From Camelus dromedarius (Eukaryota), in contig NC_087462.1 in assembly GCF_036321535.1 (NCBI RefSeq), positions 11,284,001-11,348,000 of the forward strand: a stretch of 64,000 nt of DNA. The letters run 5' to 3'. Within the stretch, counting starts at the first letter, position 1. The number at the start of each line of letters is the position of its first letter. Positions 45,004 through 55,900 of this stretch are shown one piece after another. Made by a program: the position numbers and the translations under genes. The notes below the pieces were generated by a model. The model was not told the origin of the DNA, ran no database searches, and was given only the letters and a program-made list of their open reading frames with translations.

Positions 45004-45578
45004 CCTTATATCATGCCCTCCTTGTAGACCCCCCTCAGTTCTAATGGGGACAGACAAGAGCCCTGGAGGCTGCAAGGGGCCAAAAACCTTTCCCAGCTGA
45101 TGCTCAGCACTCCTCAGTCTGTGCTCCTAAACAATCATCCTCAGGCAGATGGAGCATCCATGGTCCGTCCTTGTTACCCTGTTGCACTGGACAGTGTGGC
45201 CTGAGAGAGACCTCATCTTTCCCACTCTTATCACCCACACCACCATGGACAAGGAAGCAGTCCACAGGGTTTACCAGGGATGTGCAGTAAAAATAGAAAA
45301 ATGTCTATTAAAAAGCCCCACAACCTGAGATGATTGAAGAGGCAGATTCCTGCACCCCACCTAACTCTCTCCTGTGTGCTTAGATGACTTCAAACCCCCA
45401 AGCCCTGGGGCAGGCACAGTTATGTGCCCAGGTAGGGGTTGGCAGTGGTTCCATGCCATTCTGGGCTGAAAGTCTGCATTTAAGTCTGGCCTGCGGGTTG
45501 GGTAGAGCCAGGCACATCCACAAGTGGCCAGGGGTTTCGATCTGGCATTCATTGTACTCTGCTGATGTCCAAGGTTAG

Positions 45579-45892
45579 TTAAAGGGTGGAGTCCATCAGG
45601 GGATGGCCATTCTCGGAAAGCATGATGCGAGTGCTGGTGCCTGTCCGGGTGGAGGGTGTATAGTGAGCAGACTCGTGGGTGGATCGGCGGAGGCACAGAC
45701 AGCAGAGGAGGCGGCGGAAGGTGCGGCGCATCTCAGCATCTCGGCATGAGTATACCACGGCGTTGACCAGTGAGTTGGCCTCAGCCAAGAGTAGGAAATA
45801 CTTCTCCACAGCCAGGACATTGCAGGACTTGCAGCCCAGACCATCCAGAAGGAGCACCACCTGGCCCGGCGTCCAGCAGACCACAAACGCCC
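45579..45892 (-). CDS. LPAR2: LPAR2 last coding exon (TM6-TM7, C-tail)
   Basis: GAFVVCWTPGQVVLLLDGLGC...NGHPLMDSTL*. Confidence 0.97.
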
Positions 45893-47359
45893 CTGCGGGA
45901 TGGAGCCTGACGTGAGCAGGGCCAGCTGTTGCCACAGCTCAGAGCTGGAGGGGTCTCAGAGCTTGGGTTGACAGCTGTGCAGTTTGCAGGGAAGAGCTGC
46001 CTGTCTTGCTGCCTTTGTGGTGTGATGGGGCAGAAATGCTAAGAGGGGAAACTTTCTCTGATTTGTCTGCCAGAGGGACACCTTTCCTAAGTGGGTACAT
46101 GGTGGACCAGACCCTGGAGATTTCTACATGGAGATTTGTTCTGTGGGGGAAAGGAGGCCACTGTGGGACCAGCCAATTACTCGGTTGAGGGAAAAGAATG
46201 ATTGGGAAGAGTTGCTCTTTGTTTCTTGGGGCTGGTGTGTGTGCCTCTCTCACTCAGACCATTATACTTTCCACAGCCAGACTGAACTCAATACTCCTGG
46301 CTAAGAACTCTTAAGAGCTTCCCACGGAACTCAGAACAAAATCTGACTCCTATCTGTGCCCTTCGATGTCATGCTGAACTTCTCTCCTCGCAGACCAGCC
46401 ATGTGGGCCTTCTCTTTGGAGGTGCTGGGCTGGTCCTGGGCTGGTCCTGTCTGGGGCTCTCAGCTTCTGGTCCCTCTGCCTGGTAGTCTTCCCTTGCCCA
46501 ACATTCAGGTCTCTGCTCAGGTATCACTTCCTAGGAGAATATTCCCCACCCAAATCACCCCTCCCATCATGCTCTATCAGGTCTTGCAGGAGTTGGGGGG
46601 AAGCAGGTGCCACTCACCCAGGATGATGACAACAGTCTTGACCAGGCTGAGCGTGGTTTCACGGTAGCGGGGGTGGCAGCTGACATGCTCTGCCATGCGC
46701 CGAACCCGCCGTCTTACATAGAAGAAAATGCGGGTGTAGACGGCCACCATGAGCAGGAAGACGAGCAGGCTGGACAGGGCCCAAACGGCCAGGTAGGAGC
46801 GGCTGAGTAGGGGGGCCATGCGTGAGCAGCGGTCCAGGGCGCAGAGGCAGTGCCAGGAGTGGGCAGGCAGCAGCCCCAGGCCCAGTGCCGCCACCCACAC
46901 GCCCACGATGAGCATGATGACCCGGCCTCGGGGCAGGCGGCTGTGCAGCTGCACGGCCATCACGCTGCGGTGCCGTTCCACGGCAATGGCCAGCAGCGTG
47001 GCTACGGATGCCGTTAGGCTTGTGTCCAACAGGCCCTGTCGCAAGAACCAGCCCTCCAGTGAGAGCCGGGCTGTGCGCGGGCCCGTGTGGAACATGAGGA
47101 AGAGGTAGGCTACACCAGCAAAGAGGTCAGCTGCGGCCAGGTTGCCGAGCAGGTAGTAAATGGGCTGGTGGAAGCGGCGGTTGGAGGCGATGGCTGCAAT
47201 GATCAGCAGGTTAGTCAGTAGCACCAGCACGCTGACAGTCAGCCCCAGTGTCACCACAACCACATCCTTGGGCCGCCAGTGGGAGCTCAGCTCCTTGCCA
47301 CTGTTGTTGTAGAAAAAGCCGATGGTCTCGTTGTAGTAGCACTGGCCCATGGTGACCAT
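45579..47359 (-). CDS. LPAR2: Lysophosphatidic acid receptor 2 (class A GPCR), 351 aa
   Basis: join(47359-46618,45892-45579) = 1056 nt. MVTMGQCYYNETIGFFYNNSGKEL..., AVERH motif, C-terminal PDZ-binding DSTL. Confidence 0.98.
46618..47359 (-). CDS. LPAR2: LPAR2 first coding exon (TM1-TM6)
   Basis: Acceptor cccttag directly abuts the ATG; donor CTGG|GTGAGT. Confidence 0.97.
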
Positions 47360-47789
47360 CTAAGGGCACAGAGGGAGAGGTAAGGCAGCCCTGTGTTCTT
47401 GTGGAAGGACACAGGAGGGAACAGCAGCCAGAGGGAAGGTTAGGACAGGAAGGACAAGGGTCTCAAACTCAGATGCCTCGGGGCAAAGTGGCAGTGGTGG
47501 GGAGCAGAGTGACCTAGAAAAGCGAGCTCCTTGAGTTGGGGGGTTGGGTAGGGCAGCTGTTACTTAATTACTAATGACTTTTATAAAGATGTCACCCAAA
47601 TCAAACAGCTGGTTGGTTTTGTTTTTTTAAACTAAAGAAGCAAAATAAAACCCATCTGCCCATGCACCACCAATCTGTGCTGGGGGCGGCTAGAGCAGGA
47701 CAAAGGGGTGTGAGCCGTGAAAATAGGTAATGGAGGGTCAGTTTGGTTTTGGGGGTCAGTGCAGGGAGCAGAGCCACAGGGTGGGGCCA

Positions 47790-48850
47790 CTGCTAGGACC
47801 GGGCAGGCGGTCGGTGCTGGGGCGTGGAGGTGACCCGGGCAATCAGATTGGTAGTGAGTCAGCCCCATCAGTCGGGCGGCGGTCTTTGGGCGTGAACGCT
47901 CCCGAAGCGGACGGGGAATTGGGCCGGCCCGGGTGGGACCGAGGACCCCGACGGCCTCTGGGACAAAAGGGGCGGTCAGGGAGGCGGCGGCTGGCCGGGT
48001 CTCCCGGAGCCCTCAGGCTGGGGGAGGAGCAGAACGGAGGAGAGGAGGGGGCGGTGCCCGGGCCCTGCGGACACGTGCCGCACCCTCCCCGGACCCCGCG
48101 CCCACTCTCCCCCGTCCGTGCCGGCCTCACCTGGGCCGTCCGTCACGCCGTAGACCGGGCGGCCTCGCGTGGGAGACCCATGACCAGGAGACCGCCGCGG
48201 GAAGAGGAGTGTCTGGGTGCGCCGGGCGCAAGAGGCCAAGAGAGTGCGGGAGGCGGGGTCCCGCGCCCCGCCCCCGCCACCTGGGGGAGCCCCGCCCCGT
48301 CCCCACCACCTGGGGGAGTCACGCTTCCGCCTCCTTGGCGAGGACAGGGTCGCCCGGAACCACAGCTCCCTCATTTCCTCCCTGCCTCGCTGCCCCTCGG
48401 TCGCCCCCTCCACTTCCGGCGGAGGACCCCCACCCCTCGTCCCCGCACACCTCACGCGCCCGCAGTTTTGGGCCTTCGCGGGGTTGAGTCACTTGCTGCC
48501 GGAGAATTCCCGCCGTGACCTCGCGCCGCCGGGGCCCACCTCCGGGTGGTCTCAGGGTCCGCGCCCCCGCCCCGGCCCCACCCCTCCCGCTTCCTCGTGT
48601 CCAATCCGTCGCCGAGTTCCAAGCCACGCCCTGATCCGACCCGGCTCCCACCGCCGAGACCCCAACGCCGCCTCGGCTTCTTCGGCCCAGAGCTATCGCG
48701 CGCTGCGGCTTCCCTTGCTCCGTGGACCTCTCTGGCGGCAGCTGACCGTCCGACCACACTCAAATTTCTCGAAATCCCGCCCCTGGCAGCGCTGTTCCCT
48801 GCTCGGCCCACGCCTGTGGCGGCCCTGGGCTCCCACGGCCCAGAGCACAC
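47790..48850. promoter_or_regulatory. LPAR2 CpG-island promoter
   Basis: CpG-dense, multiple CCCCGCCCC GC boxes. Confidence 0.85.
48131..48250 (-). other. LPAR2: LPAR2 non-coding exon 1 (5' end approximate)
   Basis: Strong donor CCAG|GTGAGG at 48131/48130 inside the CpG island, GC boxes just upstream. Confidence 0.6.
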
Positions 48851-49134
48851 AGCCCCATTGTCCCAGTTATCTGCACTTTGTTATATTTGTTTGATTATGC
48901 AGGACCGGATCAGGGACACGGAGCTCTGGGAGGGCGGCCCCGATGTGACTCAGCCAGGTGCCCAGGCACAGCCCCTACTGCTGGTAGGTTCTCGTGGGTG
49001 TTCTGGGATGAAAGAAAGGGGGTCTGTTTTTCCTGGTCGGTAAAATGGAGCGGAAGGATTTCAGCGACCTCTCCTCTGTCACTCTTCCCTAGCACTCAGG
49101 GGTATAAAGGCACTCAAGGGTATAAAGGACTCAG

Positions 49135-49140
49135 TTTATT
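49135..49140 (-). terminator. Probable GMIP polyadenylation signal
   Basis: AATAAA on minus, about 410 nt after the stop. Confidence 0.7.
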
Positions 49141-49550
49141 CAGAGGCCACCAGACCCCAGGCACCACCAGGATGTTAAGTCTGCGTTGCTCACACCCTCC
49201 AAGAGCTGGTCACTTGGGATCAGCTAAGGAGGCAGACAGAGATGGGGAGTGGCCACAACCAAAGAAGCAAAAAGCACCTCTGTCCCAGGGATTAGAGACT
49301 AGGGTGACCTCAAGGATCCTATGACATGTTTTGACCCTGAGTGTTGACCCTGAATGACCTTTGAACCTGAGTGGCCCTGATGCTTGACACTGACTTATAT
49401 CTATTGGGGGGATCCCTGTACATTGCCCCAAAAAAGGGTTTTAGTCCTCCCCTGGGTGGTGTAGTCTTTCCACATAGGAATGCTCCGGACACCGCAACAC
49501 TGAACTCCTGGGGAGAAGTGAATCCATCTCCTCAGTCCTGGGCATCTTGG

Positions 49551-49921
49551 TCAGAGATGGTCCTCAGCTTCCTCAGTCTGAGGGTCTGGGCAGCAGGTGG
49601 CCTTGGGCACAGACTCGTACAGCTTGGAGAGTAGCCGGGCTGTCTCCTGGGTAATCTCAAAATGCTTGGGCAGTGGAGTGCGGCGCAGAGGGCTGCCCTC
49701 ACGGGAGGTGGCAGCAGGGCCCGGTCCTCGCCACCGCAAGCTCCCTTGGGGCACTGATGTGACAGGGGTTTCCTCGCACAATTTGGATGCTACTAGGGCC
49801 AAGCTGGACAGCTGGTGGGTGACAGGCCGCATGCCCCCCCGGGGATACTTCACAGGCTGGCGGCTGAAGTGGCCACGGGATTGTGTCCCCAAGAATGAGT
49901 CCTCGGAGCCTTGGCTGGACG
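49551..49921 (-). CDS. GMIP: GMIP exon 21 (terminal coding part)
   Basis: [26 protein letters not shown]...EEAEDHL*. Confidence 0.95.
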
Positions 49922-52900
49922 CTGTGAGATGGAGTGGCCAGTGCTGAGCACACCTAAGTCCTCTGGATACTCCTCCCTTTCCCATTGTCATCACTCAGCC
50001 CTAGAACCCTGGGGTTACCCCCAAAACACTCACCTTCCCCTCCCTCATTTTTGGTGTCTTTGGCTATTTCCTCTCCCTGGTCATTCTGCAGGGTCGGAAT
50101 CTGCAAGGAGAAACCCAAGAATGAGAAACCCAGCAATAAATTCCCAGTTCTTCCAGACTCTTGGACCTGCCAAAGTTACTTTGCAGTTCTGATATCTGGG
50201 GAGAAATGATGTCCTTAAGAGTGTATTGCTCGCCCCGCTGCGAAGAGCAGTGCCATTAATCTCAACTGTGGACTCTGTGAGGGCAGGAATGCCTTTGTTC
50301 AGCAGAAGACCAGCCCAGAAAGTGACAGCCATCTCTGCATTCAGAACAAGTAAACTATTGGTCTCCATCCTTCTCTGCTTTCTGCAATTTTAGACTTGCT
50401 TTTTAGTTTATCTGTATATTTTTTAGTTTATCCTTTTGCTAAATGCTAATAGCACTTGGAATTCTTCCTACATGTCGTGAGCACTTTCTGAAGTATTCCA
50501 GTTCTCAGAGCCCTACACCTTGCTGGCAGCCCCCTTTCCCAGCTCTGGGGTGCTGTAGGAGAGATCCAAACTCTCAGGAATGCTGGGTGTAGCTGGATCT
50601 GAGGGACAGGAAGCCCCCCATAGGTGTCTCATCTGTAAGTGGTTTTTACTAACGGTATTTGCCTCTCATGACACTTACTGGGCAAGCACCCATGCCTTAT
50701 AGGCATGCAGCCAGTGGTGGTTGGAACACCCCTCTTTAGCCTCCCTTCCTGCCACTGTCCTGTCACTCATTCATTACAGTGTGGGGCTGTGCCCTGAACA
50801 CACTAGGCATGGTCCCATCTCAGGGACTTTGTATTGGCTGTTCCCTTTGCCTGGAACACCCTTCCCCTGATCTCCACCTGGCTTACTCCCCTCTCACATC
50901 CTTCCAGTCTTTGCTCAAACCTATCTTCTCCATGAGACCCACCCACAGCATCCTATTTACTACTACAAACTGCCCTCCATCTCTTACCTTGGTGCCTTCC
51001 ATGTCTCTTACCTTATGTTACCTTTTCTTTTTTCCATGGTACTCATCACCTTGTAACATCCTGTATACCTGACTTTGTATCATATTTATTGTTTATTGTT
51101 GGTTTCCTTCCCACTAGAATGTGGGCACCAAGAGGATGGGGCCTTTGAATATTTTGCTCCCTGATGTATCTGTCATGCCTAGAACAATGCTTGGCATATA
51201 GTAGGTGTCCAAGGTGTTTAGTAAATATTCTGATGAAGGATTGAATGATACCCATGTTAGTATCTCTGCAACGTTGTACCCAGTTGTCACTCCATTATTT
51301 CCTATCACTCTGTTCCTCACCGTTCCTTTCAGAATGAGCACAGGGTAAATAAGGAGAGGAAGGAGGGAATGGAATAGAAAATTTTAAAGGGAAAGGAAGG
51401 AAGGCAGACAGTAGAGTGAGAGGATTAAATGGCGAGAAGGGTCTCCCCATGTCTGTGGGCCCAGCGGGTTCTTACCTCTGGAGGCATGACTTCAGGATGC
51501 TTCTCCAGGGCACTAAGGGGCATGGGGTCTGGGTTGGGGTCCCAGGTTAGGGATGGGGGCAGGGAGTCCTGGGCAAGTTGTGGGTGTGGCAGCTGGGGAC
51601 TGGGCGGGAGGATCTCAGTGGGTGGGCTGGGGTCTTGGGGCGGGGGCTCAGTGGCCAGGAGGAGCTCATCAGTCCCAAAGATCTGCTCATGGTGCACAAT
51701 GAGGAACTCGATGAGCTGGGCCTGGTGCCCGGAGTCCAGCAGGCAGGTGACAGGGCCGGCAGTGGCTTCTCCTGTACCGTCCGGCGGCCGCAGCAGTGTC
51801 GGCCCAAACACGATGCCCAGGTTGTTGGCTGACATCTTGTTCTTCTTAAACTGTGCAGCGACCCTGGGGACAGTGTGAGGAGAAGGGTCAGGGCAGAGTG
51901 CATGGTTATTAGTGATCAGGTAGGACCTACAAGCCAGGCTAGTGGCGACTTGCCCAAGTCATGAGTAAGTAGTCTCAGTCATTGTTGGCAACTAGCAGCC
52001 ACATGCCTAGTGATGGGGATTGGACTCAGCACCCAAAGTCAGGAGTCATGTATTGAGTTTCAGAGCTCAGAAAACACATGCAAGTCAGAGGTCAGTGTCA
52101 GGCGTCAGTAGTTGCATGTCCAGGGAAGGGGGTCACAGATCCGTGACTTAGGTCAGAAGTCTCATGTCAAGGTCAAGGACAGTGCACACCTGAACAGATG
52201 GGCCACCAGGTGCCGCAGGGTGTTGTAGTTAGAGTCAGGCAGCTGCACCAAGAGGGTCTTCAGCGAGCAGATAACCTCAGGGCTGGGGCTGGGGGTCCCA
52301 GGGTCTTGCCCAGGGTCTGCATGCAGGGTCTTAGCCAGAGAGATGAAGGCGTCGTAGAGGTGGAAGGGGACCACAGGGTCAGTGAGCTGGGGGTGGAATG
52401 GCAGGGGGGACAAGGGTATGGGTGGGCTGCAGAGGGTCCTCAGCCTGAGCCCACCTGGCCCCTGACTCCTGAGCCGCTGAGCACCCACCTCCTGGAGGAA
52501 TCGCTTGAGAACACTCGAGACATCGTGAGGCGAGTTCCCTGACAAGTCAACCAATTCTCGGCCGTTCTCAAAAGCCTGGCATAGCCGTTCCACGCGGACC
52601 CGGGATCCGCTGACCCGATAAATGCCCTGCAGGGCAGGAGTGGGAAATGGACATCTGGCTTGCATTCCAGCCATTGAGAGGGCTGGATCACTATTGGGGA
52701 TGGTCAAAGGTCAAGGGTCAAGGTGGCACCTGCACACCCAGGGCACGCTGTTCTATCTCGGCCGTGCACCTGCTGATCACAAAGGGCACCTCCTCCGGGA
52801 AGACCCTGGGCAGTTGCAGGAAGTTGACCCCAAAGAGGGGGGCCCTGGCTGGAAGCCGCTTATGTCCGCAGAAGATCAGTAGAGTCTCAAGGCAGCGCTT

Positions 52901-55900
52901 GTGGCAGGTCAGAAAGCACTGAGGGGAAGATCACAGGGATAGGGAGGTCATCAGGGGTCAGTGGGGGAAGAGAAGGTCATAGGGATCCACAGCAGGAACA
53001 GGGGGCTCATAAGAGATCATCAGATCAGGGCAGGTCCCAGGGGTGGGAAGGTCTTAGGGATTTCAGGTCAAGGAGGTGCCTGGATTCAGGTCACTGAGGG
53101 TCAGCAGAGGTCAACAGGTCATTGGCCCAGGCCGCACCTCCTCGCACTCGGTCCCGCTGACCATGAAAGCCTCACACTCTCGGCACTTGGCTGGGCCCCG
53201 CAGCCGCCGCAGCCGGTGGGTCTGGGCTGCGCAGGACAGTGTCCATTTCTTGAAGGGGGTGCCTGGCCCATTGTCCAGCCCATCTCCCAGATCTGCGGGA
53301 AGACAGGGTCAGCGGTGCCTAGTCCATCCCCACTCCCCACCCCTTCACTGCTTCCAGCCTCACCAGGGTCTCGCTCCTCAAAGTCATCAGAAGATTCGGT
53401 GCCTATGGATGCGGCTTTCACCAGCCGCCTCGTGCCAGAGCCTGGTCGGAGGGGCAAAGAGCTTGAGGGTCACAGAGGCCATGGGGAGGCACCACGGCTA
53501 AAGAGACATTCCTGGTTTTTAGCCTTCCAAAACCACCCACAGATGCCTTAGGGAAAGGGTCAGAAGTCAGGAAGAGGGTCAGACAGGTCAGGGGTTAGGG
53601 GCTGGAGAATAGGTCAGCAACCTGAGGGGGGTGGTTCAGAAGTTGAATCAAGAGAATGGGTCAAGGGGAGGGTGTAGCTTGGTGGTAGAGCACATACCTA
53701 GCAAGCACAAGGTCCTGGGTTCAATCCCTAGTACCTCCATTAAAAATAAGTAAATGAATAAAAACCCAATTACCTGCCCCTCAAAAACCAAAAAATAAAA
53801 AAATAATAACAAACAAAAAAAGAGAATGAATCAGAGGCTGAGAAAATAGGTCAGGGGTGTGGGGTAGATCAGATGTCAAAGTGTGGGCTTGGGACTGAGG
53901 GTCAGAGCCTAGCCAGGGGCTGAAGGATGGTCAGAGGTTGGGAGTGGGTCAGGGCTAGGTCCTGGCCCCACCTGGGCTGGAAGTGGGAGAGTCCAAGGGC
54001 TGAGACTCACTGCTACCACTCACGCTGTCCACATCGCTGCCCAGAGTTCCTAGAAGGGGACAGGTCAGTTAGATACGGCCCCCTGTCCCAGCACCACTCC
54101 AGCCTGCCCCTCACTGCACTCACCCTGCCAGCCTGTGCCAGTGTCCTCCCAAGGGCCTGGCTCAGCTGCACTCTCATCCAGCCGTGGAGGTGGGGGACCA
54201 GAGAGCTTTTTTTTTGTGTCCAGAGGGGAACTGAAAGGAGATGTTTGAGGGCTCTGATAACTAGGAAACTAGGCTGGAATGACATCATCCAAGCAACCCA
54301 TCGTGGACCCAACTCCAAGCACTTGGGTCTGCCAAGCCTTTACACCCATTAGCATTGTGGTCCTCAGCGCAGTAACCCCAAATTTCCAACCGTCCCAAGA
54401 CTGGGACAACGCTGCCCAAATAAAGAGTGCTTGGCGTTAAATCCAAGTACTGAGCCTCAGGGTTCTCACTCTGAGATTCAGCCCCACAGTGCCAATAGCC
54501 TGGCACCGTGTCTCCGGGACTCCTACCTGACCCTGCTCCTGGGGACCCACCTGTACATGAACTCCTGGAAAGAGAAGGCGGGTGGCGGGGGAGGCGGGGA
54601 GGCGGGCTGCAGCACCCGCACAAACTCCTGGTATCGCTGGCCGGGTTCGAAGGGTGCGCAGCACTCCGCCAGGGCGGCGAAGGCACGGGGGCCACGCTCT
54701 GCCTGAGCCCCTCTCAGCCGGAACAATCCCAGGGTCACCTGTGGGGCGGAGACCGCGTGTGAGAGGGGCGGGGCCTGACCCTGACAGACACCAGCATGGT
54801 CCAGGCTTGGGGGCGGGGCCCGGCAGTGGGAGGAGGCTTGGGGACAACAGCACGTAGCTGGGATGGGGGTCTGGTCACAACCCAGGTGGGGCATCCTGGA
54901 GGGGGGCGGGGTGTGTAAAACCCCATGGGAGGGGGCGGAGTGGGAGGTGCAGTCAGGGTCTGGGGGCAGGAACTGTCTAGAGAGAGGGAGTTGGTCCTGG
55001 TGCCCTGGAGGCGGTTGAGGGGCACGGGGCGCCCAGCCCGGGTGAATGACTGTGGCGGCAGCCTTCGGGTTAGGATCTCACCCGCCTCAGCACTTCGTCG
55101 CCCTGCAGCACCAGCTTGCGCACGTGTGACACGATCCGCTGCTTGGCGGCCTCCAGGTCCTGCTGCCGAGCATTGGCCTCCCGGACGCAGGCCTGGTACA
55201 GCGCCTCGGCCTCCTGAGCCTGGAGAAACCGAGGCCCCGTGCGAGTGTAGGGGAGAGGGTGGGGCGGGGGGCGCCGAAGCACGGGGGCGCGGGGCAAGGG
55301 GCCGAATTCTCACCTTGGCCTGGGCCTCCTCTCGCGAGCGCCGCCGCCGCTCCTGCTGCTTGTTGGGTCCCGGCGAAGCCTGGGGGCCCGAGTCTTCAGG
55401 GGATACCTGAGAGCGTACTCGCAGGTCCTCGCTGCGCTGCATGTACTGGAGCTGGGCCCGCCGCAGGGCCTGCACCGCCTCGTTCTGAGGGCCAGGAGAG
55501 ACGTGGTCATTGCTTCTTCCTCTCCTCCAACAGCCTGCCCCCCACCACCCTGGGCCTCACCATCCGCTTCTGCTCCTTCATCCACTGCTCCTTGAACTCC
55601 TTCCGCCACTTCTCAATCTCAGTCCGTTTGGCAGCCAGAGGCTGGCAGGGATGGGGAACAGGGATGCTGTCTCAGGTACACTTGGTCTTTCCATTCACTG
55701 AGGCTGCGTATCTTTCATTGTCTGGACATTTTTTCTGGTTCTGCACTCTCCCTCCCAGGTCTTCTCCCTCAGATCTGCTCACCCTCACCCCTGTGTCTCC
55801 ACAAAGCCTCAATGGTCACTTCATCCTTTGTGCCTGGACTCAGATGCCAAGGCTCTCTTCCTGGGAACACTCAGCGCTTTGCCCCTTGGTCCTCAGATAA

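Larger units (their letters stand above)
54570..55490. promoter_or_regulatory. Intragenic CpG island over GMIP exons 9-11
   Basis: High CpG density in both the exons and the short introns. Confidence 0.55.

Noticed and set aside
47730-49043. Several 130-260 aa ORFs on both strands
   Set aside because: Stop-poor LPAR2 CpG island; low-complexity G/P/R/A translations.
2538-53819. tRNA-Ala-like sequences (11 copies)
   Set aside because: They have A/B boxes but continue into a shared non-tRNA tail with A-rich ends and TSDs, so they are SINEs and not tRNA genes.
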